A DNA stretch of 54,798 bases from positions 1-54,798 of IMG/VR virus record IMGVR_UViG_3300031938_000004; one strand, given 5' to 3'. Under the pieces are notes generated by a model, which worked only from the letters and a program-made list of their open reading frames with translations, was not told where the DNA came from and searched no databases. A program made the translations under genes and the position numbers. The first letter of the stretch is position 1. The number at the start of each line of letters is the position of its first letter. Shown in pieces: positions 24,891 through 34,420 of the stretch. The stretch comes from a virus (lineage: Duplodnaviria > Caudoviricetes).

Positions 24891-25198
24891 ACTGTCTCCT
24901 TCACATTGTGATCCATCGATGGGCAGTCCCGCAGAACTTCAATCAGTTTGTCGGTGTCGAGCGGCACCTTGCGGCGGCTCAGAGCGCACAACATCTGGCA
25001 GAGCACCTGGGCGGTGTAGATCTCTTTGGAGGGGCTTTGGACGACCTCGAAAGGCGTGCCCTCGTGCACCAGATCCAACAGGTGGTGGGTGCTGACATAG
25101 CAGGCGCTGGAGGCATCATACAGCTTGCGGTTGCCATAGCGGACGATGATTTTGGCCCCTGGCCGGACATTAGCTTTGGTTGCGGTCTGCGTGCTCAT
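24887..25198 (-). CDS. PhaR-like (PHB/PHA accumulation regulator N-terminal) DNA-binding protein
   Basis: IIVRYGNRKLYD..S.YV..L..LV..G..FEVV....E.YT..VL.Q. Confidence 0.85.
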   Translation of the reverse strand: MSTQTATKANVRPGAKIIVRYGNRKLYDASSACYVSTHHLLDLVHEGTPFEVVQSPSKEIYTAQVLCQMLCALSRRKVPLDTDKLIEVLRDCPSMDHNVKETV

Positions 25199-25402
25199 GA
25201 GGCCCCCTTGATGGCCGGCAGGATATAACGCACCTGCAAAGGTCGGTTCAATGGGGTGGCGGGCCCAACAGTCTCATCACCACGATGGTGAGGCTGATTG
25301 TTGCCACCGAGGCCAAAAATGCAGCGGGCCAATCCATCACCGGTCCTCCTGTTACAAGTGCACAGCCTGCTCTATAACGCATGTGCACAGTCGAGGCAAT
25401 GG

Positions 25403-25840
25403 CTAATCTTCGCCGACAGCCTTGCGGGCCTGGGCCAAAGCATCGGCACGAGCCTGTTTCTCTTCCATCGTCATATCTGTGCGCGTCATGGTCAGATCCA
25501 AAGCCGCGCCATCTTTGCCCGTCAGCTCCACGGATTTACTCTCCTTGGGCTTGCCGATGACCCGGTCCAAGATGGCCTTGTAGATGCTGATATCGCCCTT
25601 TTTGTAGCACTCCACCAAAAGCTTGGCGGTCAGGACCTGCATGAAGTTGCTGTCAGGATCCTGGGCGACCTCAGCGATGCGGTCCTTGTTGCCGGTCAAA
25701 AGGAGGCTGGTCAGATCCGCCAGATCATCGGCGCTCATGCGGCGGGCTTTGGCGATGGCCCGGGCCTTGGCGCTAGAGCCCTTGGGATTGCGGGTTTCGC
25801 CCTTCTTCATGCGTCCTGAGGCGGGGGGGATGCGTGGCAT
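25403..25840 (-). CDS. Probable terminase small subunit (DUF5681-like)
   Basis: KKGETRNPKG N-terminus; ILDRVIGKP..VELTGKDG C-terminus. Confidence 0.75.
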   Translation of the reverse strand: MPRIPPASGRMKKGETRNPKGSSAKARAIAKARRMSADDLADLTSLLLTGNKDRIAEVAQDPDSNFMQVLTAKLLVECYKKGDISIYKAILDRVIGKPKESKSVELTGKDGAALDLTMTRTDMTMEEKQARADALAQARKAVGED

Positions 25841-25855
25841 GGGGTGTCCTTTGGG

Positions 25856-26884
25856 CTACTGAATACCGAGCAATTGGATGGCCACCTCACGAGCGACCCG
25901 CTGCATCATAAGCGGCGGCACGCTCATGCCACAGACGTAGTGCTGTTTTTTGCCGCAAAAATCGAAATCGTCGGGGAAGCTTTGGATACGCACAAGCTCT
26001 AGACCCTGCATGTAGCGGGGCTCTGACCAATGGGCCAAGTTTTCGGTCGCGGTCATGGTCTGCACAGGCAGAGTGGGATCAATCCGCTGAACGACCGCCT
26101 TGGCCTGCGAGCGAGAGGTCCCAAATTGCTTACCCACCTCAGCACTACGCCAGCCGCGCTGAAACAGAGGCGAGCCCATCTTAGGGTTGTCCACGCGGAC
26201 GCCACGCAGCGCTTCACCGGCCGAGATTTTGGGCTCGTTGAAGTCAAGCTGAATGCTTTTGTCCATTCGGTTGGCCACAAAGAAGACGCGCCGGCGAGAC
26301 TGGGGGATGCCCATGGTGGCGCCATTGAGTTGGAAGACCTGGACCTTGTAGCCCAAGAAAGCGAACGTCTCGCAGATCTCTTTGACGTAGCCTTTGGCGT
26401 GGCCCAAGAGCATGCCGCGAACGTTCTCGGCAATCACCACCTTGGGCCGCAACAAAGCGACGGTCTGCAAAAAGTGCCCAAACAAATCGTCGAGCACCTG
26501 GGCGGCCTGCCCTTCACGGAAGACCTTCAAGACGCCCCAGTGCTTTTGTCGGGCGCCGGCCGTCGAGAAGCTGGAGCAGGGCGGGCTGCCATCCAAGATA
26601 TCGAGGTTGAGCAGTTCGGGCGGAAGCGACTCACGAGGCCGCTTGTTGAACTCGACGATGCTCTCTAAATACGAATGCTCGGGATGGTGGTTTTTGCGGT
26701 AAACCTCCATCATCGCCTTGTCGATCTCGACCCCGCCCAAGACATCGTAGCCGGCAAGCTTGTAGCCCATCGAACTGCCACCGGCGCAGTGAAAACAACT
26801 GAAGACCGTCTTATTGATCTTGGGGACGCGGGCAAGATCCGCCAGGCGCCAGGGTCCCCTTTTGAGGGGAGGTAATTGGGACAT
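25856..26884 (-). CDS. DNA cytosine-5 methyltransferase
   Basis: F.CAGG, GSPPC..FS, ENV, Q.RRR, QSFPDDF, GMSVPP motifs. Confidence 0.95.
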   Translation of the reverse strand: MSQLPPLKRGPWRLADLARVPKINKTVFSCFHCAGGSSMGYKLAGYDVLGGVEIDKAMMEVYRKNHHPEHSYLESIVEFNKRPRESLPPELLNLDILDGSPPCSSFSTAGARQKHWGVLKVFREGQAAQVLDDLFGHFLQTVALLRPKVVIAENVRGMLLGHAKGYVKEICETFAFLGYKVQVFQLNGATMGIPQSRRRVFFVANRMDKSIQLDFNEPKISAGEALRGVRVDNPKMGSPLFQRGWRSAEVGKQFGTSRSQAKAVVQRIDPTLPVQTMTATENLAHWSEPRYMQGLELVRIQSFPDDFDFCGKKQHYVCGMSVPPLMMQRVAREVAIQLLGIQ

Positions 26885-26886
26885 CG

Positions 26887-27621
26887 TCAAGCGTCCGGGT
26901 TGAAGGCAAAGGAGCAGCGGGGGCAGGTGGCCGCAAAGCTCCCCAGGCTCTCCATGGAAACCTCGAGGTTGCGGTCGAGGTTGCGAACCGGGGCACCGGG
27001 CTCTTGGGGCGCGGCAGGGATGCCATTTTGGGGGTCAAACGCCTGGCCGTTCTCGTCTTGAGCGGGCGGCACGTAAGCGGCATCTGCGGTGCGGACGGTG
27101 GGGGCAAAAACTGGGGCCGCCTCCTGGGGCAGATCATAACTGAACATCTCCAGCTCGCGGTCATTGAAAAGCGTCAGGTCCATATCAAAATGGGCGCCCT
27201 TCAAGTCCTCGAGCCACTGGGCGACCATCTGATTGTCCCATTGGCCCACCGAATTATTGGCGGCCAAATTTGCGGCCTTCTCCTTATTTTTGGTCCAGCG
27301 CACTTGGCGGTAGGCGTGGCGCTCGCCATTGAGGAGGATGTAGCCCTCGGCGGTGGTGCCCTTGTCGGTCGGAGGGTTGTAGGTCCGCTCAATGACCACA
27401 TCGCTTGTGCCCAAGACGTGGGCGACCTCAGTTCTTTGGTGCCCGCCCACGAGCTGCTTGGAGGATTCATTGAAGATGATCCCGCTCAGATCCCCAAACT
27501 GCTCCAAAGACTTCTGCAGCATGTTGAGCTTGCTGGGTGTAACCTTGCGGGGATTGTTGGGATTGGCCACAAGGCGGGACATCGGCACGGTTTGGTTAGA
27601 CATAGCCGGACATGCTGCCAT
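26887..27621 (-). CDS. ParB/Srx N-terminal-domain protein
   Basis: NPNNPRK..L.KSLEQFG, LVGGHQR, EKAANLAAN; C-terminal CPRC.F.F. Confidence 0.88.
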   Translation of the reverse strand: MAACPAMSNQTVPMSRLVANPNNPRKVTPSKLNMLQKSLEQFGDLSGIIFNESSKQLVGGHQRTEVAHVLGTSDVVIERTYNPPTDKGTTAEGYILLNGERHAYRQVRWTKNKEKAANLAANNSVGQWDNQMVAQWLEDLKGAHFDMDLTLFNDRELEMFSYDLPQEAAPVFAPTVRTADAAYVPPAQDENGQAFDPQNGIPAAPQEPGAPVRNLDRNLEVSMESLGSFAATCPRCSFAFNPDA

Positions 27622-27645
27622 AATGGTCGAGGCCGCCTCAAGAGC

Positions 27646-27870
27646 CTATTGATACCACCAATCCTCCGACGCCTCGAAGGGGTAGTGGACGGTTTTGGCG
27701 TAGTGCATGGTCGCGCCACCGGCCTCAAACATCTTAAGATCTGCGGCCCGCTCCGCCCGACAAGCCTCACACAGTGTGGTGTCTTGGTTAGGGGACGGGG
27801 CGGGGGCCCCGCATTGGCGACACTCAATCTTTGGAAGCGTTGTGTCAGGCCCGTTGTCATTCTGTGTCAT
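27646..27870 (-). CDS. Small zinc-ribbon protein
   Basis: CRQC..LCEAC. Confidence 0.5.
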   Translation of the reverse strand: MTQNDNGPDTTLPKIECRQCGAPAPSPNQDTTLCEACRAERAADLKMFEAGGATMHYAKTVHYPFEASEDWWYQ

Positions 27871-27952
27871 TGAAATCTACCTTTTTGGCCAAAAATTGGC
27901 GCCCCGCGTTGGAAGATGGGTCACTTTTCTGACGTCCCCTCTTATATAGAAG

Positions 27953-27967
27953 TGTGCACATGCGTCA
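27953..27967. promoter_or_regulatory. Copy of the dispersed TGACGCAnnTGCACA motif in a divergent intergenic region
   Basis: Identical at 38241-38255; near-identical at 28981, 25375, 25226, 30036, 33587. Confidence 0.6.
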
Positions 27968-28037
27968 ACAACCATGATATATTGGCGCCTGGGACCCCTC
28001 ATAAAAGGGGCGCCTCGCAACAAAAAGGAGAAGCACC

Positions 28038-28562
28038 ATGATGATAGATTTTTACGTACAACGTTTTGGCATCTTTGAAATGGTATCCGTCCCATTGTCC
28101 GAGAACTGCTCTTGCAAATGGCAGGCCGTCAAGGATGCAGCCATTCAAGCCAAGCTTATGGTAAGCAGCGACACCCTCGACGAGATTGAAAACACCGGCT
28201 ACTTTTACATTTTTACCAAGATGGGCGCACCGGTCTGTGTGGGGGTGTGGCCAAATGTTACCTATGACTATGATGCTGAGGTCATTGAGGGTGTGCATTG
28301 TCGCGAAGTGTTAAACAATCCCCACTATAGAATGCTTGATCCGGACAAATCTTTCCGGTCCCACCAAATAAAATGCCTTCAAAAAGGCTTACCGTGGGAG
28401 GTCTACTTAGAAAAAGAGTACGACCGCCAAATCGACAAACTCTACGACTTTCAATGTGCGGGGATGGAAGACCACCTTGTCTGCACCCAACAAAAATATG
28501 TCGATGTTTTGACCATGTGGATGGCCCGGCTCAAGCGAACACTCAAACCAGTAGAGGCATAA
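28038..28562 (+). CDS. Hypothetical early protein
   Basis: AAGGAG RBS; AT-richer region. Confidence 0.75.
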   Translation: MMIDFYVQRFGIFEMVSVPLSENCSCKWQAVKDAAIQAKLMVSSDTLDEIENTGYFYIFTKMGAPVCVGVWPNVTYDYDAEVIEGVHCREVLNNPHYRMLDPDKSFRSHQIKCLQKGLPWEVYLEKEYDRQIDKLYDFQCAGMEDHLVCTQQKYVDVLTMWMARLKRTLKPVEA

Positions 28563-28566
28563 CATT

Positions 28567-28860
28567 ATGAGCGAAAGCGAAGAACTCTTCCATGAGGCCA
28601 TTGAGCGCTACGCCCATTATCTCAACCGTGAGATAACTTTACAGATCGACAAAATACTCAGCGGGGAAACACATCGCGATGCGCACCGGCTTGAGCTTAC
28701 CACGCATGTTATGGGCTCCAAGATCTCTTGGAAGCGTGCTGTTAGAGAGGCGATGCGTAGCTTCAAAAAAGAGGCCGCCAAGCAATTGGCCGACAAAAGG
28801 GCAGGGTCTGTCCCCAAAAACACCGGCCTTAAGCTTGTGCCCAAAGAAGAAGAATCATGA
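28567..28860 (+). CDS. Hypothetical early protein
   Basis: GAGG RBS; co-oriented and adjacent. Confidence 0.7.
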   Translation: MSESEELFHEAIERYAHYLNREITLQIDKILSGETHRDAHRLELTTHVMGSKISWKRAVREAMRSFKKEAAKQLADKRAGSVPKNTGLKLVPKEEES

Positions 28861-28909
28861 TTGAGATAAGATGTAGTCCTCAGACTTATCTTTGGCTACA
28901 GCATGGTCC

Positions 28910-28960
28910 ATGTAGGACAATGTATCTGGTTTTGTCCTACATAGGGCCACCTCTTTTTTA
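28910..28960 (+). terminator. Hairpin, possible terminator or operator
   Basis: ATGTAGGACAA (28910-28920) and TTGTCCTACAT (28932-28942) perfect inverted repeat, T-run shortly after. Confidence 0.45.
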
Positions 28961-29053
28961 TGACTTTGATTGAAAAAAAGTGTGCAGGTGCGTCAAGATA
29001 CGCTATATTAATGATGTGAGGCAAACAAGCCCGCAAGAAAATGGAGCACCACA

Positions 29054-29278
29054 ATGACACCGAAACTGACTGCCAAGAAGATTGCCGCTATCCGAGCCAT
29101 TGATACCCGCCGCATGAAACCCAAAAAGGCGGTCGAGGTGATGGGACAAGTGTTGGTGGACAACAAAACCTACTTCTCCCCCTTCGTCAACAAGCTTGAA
29201 AAGCGGGACGAGCAGGCCGCCCAAGTTATGCGGCAATTGGCCGACCTTGTGATGCAAGCAGGTTACTTCATTCGCTAA
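29054..29278 (+). CDS. Hypothetical early protein
   Basis: GGAG RBS, 74 aa. Confidence 0.7.
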   Translation: MTPKLTAKKIAAIRAIDTRRMKPKKAVEVMGQVLVDNKTYFSPFVNKLEKRDEQAAQVMRQLADLVMQAGYFIR

Positions 29279-29305
29279 ATCTACATTTTTTCAAGGAGAA
29301 GACAA

Positions 29306-29542
29306 ATGGAACGCAACACCCGTGCTATCAAAAAAATAATCCCTGGCCCCTACACCCCCAACCAGAAGATTTGGCTGCAACAACAAGCTAGCCTCTATGT
29401 CGGCGAGCACGTCGATGAAAGTTGGATGGAGGTGATGATTGAGAATTTGGAAGAGGGCATTTACGAGACCTTAGAGGCCGCCTATGCCGACTTGGCCGAT
29501 GTTCTCGAGGACGCCGCCGACGATGCGGAATTTGAATCCTAA
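29306..29542 (+). CDS. Acidic hypothetical early protein
   Basis: AAGGAG RBS; D/E-rich C-terminal half. Confidence 0.75.
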   Translation: MERNTRAIKKIIPGPYTPNQKIWLQQQASLYVGEHVDESWMEVMIENLEEGIYETLEAAYADLADVLEDAADDAEFES

Positions 29543-29567
29543 TCTATCACTTTCAAAGGAGTAACTT

Positions 29568-29804
29568 ATGAAGACAGAAACTGACCCCTACCTTAGCGCA
29601 TTAACCAACACCCTTTACACCCTCAAAGGAGAGGAGTCTGGCCTCATTTGGGTGGTGTACAACATGAGCCGTCACCTCACCCAGGAGGCTTCAGAAAAGC
29701 TTTCGGCCCGCAGAGAAGCGGTCCATCAAGAGATTGAAGCGATGCAGCAACGTATTGTGGACCGCGCCCGTGAGGTTGACCAAGTCAAAGGCCAAACCAA
29801 ATGA
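29568..29804 (+). CDS. Hypothetical early protein
   Basis: AAGGAG RBS. Confidence 0.75.
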   Translation: MKTETDPYLSALTNTLYTLKGEESGLIWVVYNMSRHLTQEASEKLSARREAVHQEIEAMQQRIVDRAREVDQVKGQTK

Positions 29805-30007
29805 TCATCGACATCGACTGGGATCGGCAGACCTGGGCCTCCTTGTGGCTGCAGGACGAAGCCTCGCTGGCCTATGCGGCCCTTCTCAAGGAGTGTGTCC
29901 GCTATGGCGTCGATGACCGCAGGCAGGCGTGGCTCACCTACTATGCCGAGCTTGCTTACTGGGCCGTAGACGTCGCAGCAGATTGCTCGGCTCAGGCCAT
30001 GCACTAA
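29801..30007 (+). CDS. Hypothetical early protein
   Basis: ATGA overlap with upstream gene. Confidence 0.65.
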   Translation: MIIDIDWDRQTWASLWLQDEASLAYAALLKECVRYGVDDRRQAWLTYYAELAYWAVDVAADCSAQAMH

Positions 30008-30092
30008 GACAACTTTGCCCTGACACGCCGTGCCATGACGCACGCGCACAGTTGGGCTAAAAGGGGCTCTCTTGACCTCAAAGGAGCTTCTT

Positions 30093-30542
30093 ATGCCAAA
30101 TGCCGCGATCCAGTTTGCCCCGATTCAGATCCTCGACATCCCCCAAAACTCTCCGCTGCGTGATCCGCGCCGGGCGCCCTCGCACATCGACATTGAGGGC
30201 TATGGCACCCTGCCCATCACGCTGATGACTCAAAACTTGTGGTCCAGCGAGTTCAAAGAAATGAAACTGAGCGTGCCCAGGCGGGTGCTTTACACCCGGC
30301 CCATCGAGGCGCCCGCTTTGCCGCCCCCTGTGCCAGACAGCCTCAAACCTCAGCAGAGTATCCTCACCATTGGTGTGTCCGCCATGCTGCTGAGCGCGGC
30401 GCTATGTTGCGCGACCATGCTCACAGGCCACTTCATTGTGGCGGCGATTGCTTTGGCGGTGGCTATCATATTTGCCATCAGCAACGGCTGGCAGGCCGCC
30501 TTGTTTACGTTAGAGGCGCAGCGCGTTCAGATCTACAGCTAA
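30093..30542 (+). CDS. Membrane protein with two C-terminal hydrophobic helices
   Basis: AAGGAG RBS before ATG 30093; hydrophobic hairpin near C-terminus. Confidence 0.7.
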   Translation: MPNAAIQFAPIQILDIPQNSPLRDPRRAPSHIDIEGYGTLPITLMTQNLWSSEFKEMKLSVPRRVLYTRPIEAPALPPPVPDSLKPQQSILTIGVSAMLLSAALCCATMLTGHFIVAAIALAVAIIFAISNGWQAALFTLEAQRVQIYS

Positions 30543-30545
30543 GGC

Positions 30546-30947
30546 TCAGCGCAAATGATTTAGAGCAATATACATGCCCACCACCACGCCCAAGGGCATG
30601 GCCATCGTTGTCACCAAACAAACCGTCACGCATGCTGTGGAGCCCGCGCGCCACGGCATGCGTCTAGGCCTAAGCAGATCCGTAGGTGTATCGGGCTCAG
30701 GCTCGGGCGTTGGCGTCCGCAAAGGCGGCGTGATGGGCCTTGGGTGGGGTCCCATGTTTGGGTCCGGGGTCAACAGGGCGCCATAGCGGTCGGGTGAAGT
30801 GGCCCCATAGGTCGGCAAAGACGTGTCGCTAGATCCGCGGCGCAGGCTTCGACGCAGCAAAAGCGGCGGATTGAAGTAGTCCTCGCCCTCATCGAGGCGG
30901 GGGCTGGCCCGTTGGGCGCTCGTAATAACGGCAGCGGCCACATTCAC
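30546..30947 (-). CDS. Pro/Ser-rich tail-anchored membrane protein
   Basis: GTGA overlap; C-terminal VTVCLVTTMAMPLGVVVGMYIAL. Confidence 0.6.
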   Translation of the reverse strand: MNVAAAVITSAQRASPRLDEGEDYFNPPLLLRRSLRRGSSDTSLPTYGATSPDRYGALLTPDPNMGPHPRPITPPLRTPTPEPEPDTPTDLLRPRRMPWRAGSTACVTVCLVTTMAMPLGVVVGMYIALNHLR

Positions 30948-31168
30948 GGGGTCGGGACCGCAATGATGGTGGCCATCGCGTAAAGCGTCAGCGCCAAAAC
31001 CAGGGCTTGGAGGGCAATCTTGGGCCGCGGCATCAAGGTGCTGTGCTCACACCCATACAACAAGGTCCCGCTCATCAGCCACAACGCACAGATTTGAAAG
31101 ATGGATGGCACAAAAATCTCCCTCGTCAAAGGCCCGCCTGCCGCATTTGAGAGGGGCAGACGGGCCAT
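30944..31168 (-). CDS. Small two-helix membrane protein (holin candidate)
   Basis: 74 aa with two hydrophobic segments. Confidence 0.45.
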   Translation of the reverse strand: MARLPLSNAAGGPLTREIFVPSIFQICALWLMSGTLLYGCEHSTLMPRPKIALQALVLALTLYAMATIIAVPTP

Positions 31169-31183
31169 TTGGGGACTAGCGGG

Positions 31184-32014
31184 TTAGCGCAAAGCGTCCC
31201 GAATATCGCTCAGCAGCTGCTCGATGCGGCCCAGCTTGCGGCGCAGGCCATCGACGTCCTGCTCCGAATCGCCGGGGTGGGCATTGCTGACGCCGTCAGA
31301 GTTGCCGCCGTGAAAGATCACCTGGCCCGAAGGAGATTGGGCCGGCACGATGCCGCCAGCGTAAACAGGAGGCAGCGCCGTTTGGCCCGAGCCGTCCAGG
31401 GGCTTGCCCGTCACCGGATCGGCCGGGTTGCAGATCAACACCGCGGGGGTGTCGGTGCCCGAATGGGTGAAGCCCAGGCCCTTGTCGCCTGGCGCCTCCT
31501 CAGCGGGTGCCTCGGGGACAGTAGCATCGGCCGGGGCGCCGGTTTCCTCTGAGGCAGGGGAGGCATCGGGCGCCGCGGGGCCATCCAAAGGGAGATCACC
31601 TGCTTGATCTGCGCTCGGGGCCTCGGGGCTCGGGGCAGGCTCTGCCGTTGCGGCTTCTTCCGGCGTGGCGATCTCATCAGCAGCGGCAGGAGCCTCGGTC
31701 GTGATCTCCTCCTCCGATTTGGCGGACTCATCAATAATGGTGGGGATGGCCGTCTCATCCGCCGCGGTCGCCTCGGGGGCATCGGGGCCGGTAGAAGCGG
31801 GCGCGTCGCCTAGGTCCGTAGTGCCGTCCTGAGCCAAAGGGGCTTCGGTCTCCACAACGGGCAGGTCCTCAGAATTGGCCTCTGGGGCGCTTTCGGGGGC
31901 CTTTTCGGCCTCGGGTGTTGCCTGCTCGCCGGGGGCTGCCTCAGTGGGAGCCTCGGCGTCCTGAGCGGGGGTCAGCAGTTCTTCGAGGGATGGGATTTGG
32001 GTGTCATCGGCCAC
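31184..32014 (-). CDS. Highly acidic Ala/Pro/Glu-rich protein with short C-terminal coiled coil
   Basis: AAGGAG RBS before GTG 32014; ends LRRKLGRIEQLLSDIRDALR. Confidence 0.75.
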   Translation of the reverse strand: MADDTQIPSLEELLTPAQDAEAPTEAAPGEQATPEAEKAPESAPEANSEDLPVVETEAPLAQDGTTDLGDAPASTGPDAPEATAADETAIPTIIDESAKSEEEITTEAPAAADEIATPEEAATAEPAPSPEAPSADQAGDLPLDGPAAPDASPASEETGAPADATVPEAPAEEAPGDKGLGFTHSGTDTPAVLICNPADPVTGKPLDGSGQTALPPVYAGGIVPAQSPSGQVIFHGGNSDGVSNAHPGDSEQDVDGLRRKLGRIEQLLSDIRDALR

Positions 32015-32303
32015 AAGAGTCTCCTTGGTGGAAGGAGACGCCATGGTAGCGCGCCCAAAGCAGCGGCCCAAATGGGGCCGTATCTTTTGCCGAGAGGATC
32101 TCAAATTTTCGTCCGCCGAGGCACCCACCCCCTTTTGGGGGTGACGGTGCCCGGCGAACGGGGCTATAGAAAACGGCCATGATGCGACACGTATCCTGCG
32201 TGTCCGCTAGGCCTAGGAGAGTTGACGCTCGTCCTAAGCTGCGCCCGGCTCGATCGCCGGGTTACCCATTGACCACGAAACACCCCGTGGAGAATTGGCC
32301 ATC

Positions 32304-33734
32304 ATGTGCAGTGCAACTGCAGCCCAAGATCATTCATCACCCGACTTCCACGAGACTACAAGTCACAGCGCGTCAAATAATAACGATTCTGCCTCCCCCC
32401 GCCGATTTAAGCCCACGCTTCTGTTCTCGGTGCCCGTCATCGCCGCCGACCGCAGTCGGTTGGCCCAACGCAACGGCAATCGCCAGGACCGCGGGCTCAA
32501 GGCGGACTACCTGTATGACAAAGCCTCGGCCATGTGCGTACGGCTCAAGGTCGAGGTGCTGACCTACCAGCAGCTCCTTCCCCTGTTTCGCCTGGGCGCC
32601 AAACCCCCCTGCATCAAGACGGTGGTGCGCCATCTTGCCGCACTGGAAGAGTCTGGCAGGATTCGGCGGATACGGGTGCGGGTGCCCGGCCACAAGCAGA
32701 AGGTCGGCGCTGTGCGCTTTTTCAGGCTCGACATCGCCATCTCCAAGGACGGCGAGCGGGGCACCATGGCCCAGTGGCAAGAAAAGCAGCGGCAACGCAA
32801 CGTCAACAAGACCCGGGCCTACCGGGTGCGTCAGAAGGAAGCCAAAACCAAGGCCAAGGCATGGGCCGAGCAGGAGGCCAAAAAGCAGGCTCAAGAGGTC
32901 GACAACAAGGACCAAGCGTTACCGAAGCCTGGACAAATTTGTCCACCCTGCGATTTGGAAAGTGCCCCAGGACTAACCCCAGGGGCCGATTTGAAGGCTT
33001 CTAAAAAAGCGTTACCGCTAACTCAATACGTAGATCCTACTGGCGTGGATCTACCAGAGAAGCCTTCGGCCCCCCAGGCTGACGCCAGGGAGCCTCAGGT
33101 CGAGGCCGCTTCGGCGGCATCCCGCCCACCGGGCGGAACCCACCTGGGCCCTCAGAAATCAGAGCCTTTGCCTCAAAAAGATCCTTTGGTGATCCAGCGG
33201 CACGCTGAGCCGCAAGGCATAAGGTGCGCTTCGAATATCACCCAGGAGATGTGCGAAGAGCAGGCGCAGGCCCCTGTCGGGGCTGTAAACGTGCTGCCTG
33301 AAAGAGAAATGGGAAGCGAAGGCCAAACCATCAAGCAATGGGTGATTAGCCTCAGACCCCCCGGCCTGCAACCAGACAACGACGACCAGGAAACCAAAGG
33401 CAAAGGCGCCGCCAAGGATTCGAGGTCGACCCAGCCGCCGTGCTCTAAACCGCGCTCGCCCTCCAAACCAAAGCCCAAGCTGCTGACGGTCAGTTACCGC
33501 TACGTTCAGGAGATCAACCTACGCCACAACCTCAGGCTTCAATGGCGGCTCTTCAGTGAGGCTCGGATCTGCACCGAAGACTTCATTGACGCATGTGCTC
33601 AAGTGCTTATATACAAGGGCACACCTGTCGCCAAGGGCAACAAGGTCGAGGGGACCATCATGAAGGTGGCCCAAGCACGACACCGCCAAAGGCTTGGCAA
33701 AACCGGCAAGGGGGAGTGCCATGGACGAGATTGA
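32304..33734 (+). CDS. Putative replication initiator / winged-helix DNA-binding protein
   Basis: IKTVVRHLAALEESGRIRR wHTH-like segment, long linker, C-terminal domain. Confidence 0.5.
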   Translation: MCSATAAQDHSSPDFHETTSHSASNNNDSASPRRFKPTLLFSVPVIAADRSRLAQRNGNRQDRGLKADYLYDKASAMCVRLKVEVLTYQQLLPLFRLGAKPPCIKTVVRHLAALEESGRIRRIRVRVPGHKQKVGAVRFFRLDIAISKDGERGTMAQWQEKQRQRNVNKTRAYRVRQKEAKTKAKAWAEQEAKKQAQEVDNKDQALPKPGQICPPCDLESAPGLTPGADLKASKKALPLTQYVDPTGVDLPEKPSAPQADAREPQVEAASAASRPPGGTHLGPQKSEPLPQKDPLVIQRHAEPQGIRCASNITQEMCEEQAQAPVGAVNVLPEREMGSEGQTIKQWVISLRPPGLQPDNDDQETKGKGAAKDSRSTQPPCSKPRSPSKPKPKLLTVSYRYVQEINLRHNLRLQWRLFSEARICTEDFIDACAQVLIYKGTPVAKGNKVEGTIMKVAQARHRQRLGKTGKGECHGRD

Positions 33735-34398
33735 AGCCCTGCAAAAAGACGTGCGTGATTGCGTAGCATTGGCCTATGCCCGCTTTCGGGAGCGGACGGA
33801 CCCCAACAATGGCTGGGTGGAGCCCAGGCCCTACGTGCCGCACCCGACGGTCTATCAAAAAAAACCGCCACCCAGGGTCAAGATAGTCAGCGTCGAGGAA
33901 GCCTTTGATTGGGTTTTACGGGCCCGCGAGCTGTTGCACCGGGCCAAGCCTGCCGCCAGCCCCGAGCAAATTTTGAAAGTTTGGGATCAATACAGCCACC
34001 ACCTGCTTTACATCGATGATGGCCACTTCCCGGTGGAGGACATCGCGCCGCTGAATCTGTCGGTACTGCTCTTGCATGACGTTTTCAACTTGGCGCAACG
34101 GTACATCGCCAAAAATCACGCCAAGCAAACCCAGCAGCAAGATGCCCCCACACAAGCCGTCGAGGGAGCCTTGAGCCAACTAACAAGCGGACCCAGACGT
34201 GATGGCACCCCCTGGGGCATGATTAAGAAGCTGGCCACCAAAAAGGCCGGGCACGTCAAAGCGGCCTCGATACAGCAGGATAAGGGCATTCACTTTTTGG
34301 CCGAGCAGCACATCTACATCAAGGGTTTGACCACCGAAGAGATCCTCAAGCGGCGGGATACGGTCGTGGCCGAATCTTATCCGCGGACCTACCTGTAA
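33721..34398 (+). CDS. Hypothetical protein
   Basis: GGGGAG RBS before MDEIE; overlaps upstream stop. Confidence 0.7.
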   Translation: MDEIEALQKDVRDCVALAYARFRERTDPNNGWVEPRPYVPHPTVYQKKPPPRVKIVSVEEAFDWVLRARELLHRAKPAASPEQILKVWDQYSHHLLYIDDGHFPVEDIAPLNLSVLLLHDVFNLAQRYIAKNHAKQTQQQDAPTQAVEGALSQLTSGPRRDGTPWGMIKKLATKKAGHVKAASIQQDKGIHFLAEQHIYIKGLTTEEILKRRDTVVAESYPRTYL

Positions 34399-34420
34399 CA
34401 AGCTTGGGAGCAACCTAAAA

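Noticed and set aside
26887-27621. ParB as evidence of a plasmid partition system
   Set aside because: Only the N-terminal ParB/Srx domain is present, next to a methyltransferase as is common in phages; no ParA or parS array was seen
28857-28973. 38-codon ORF overlapping the upstream stop (ATGA)
   Set aside because: Very short and coincides with hairpin sequence; no supporting evidence
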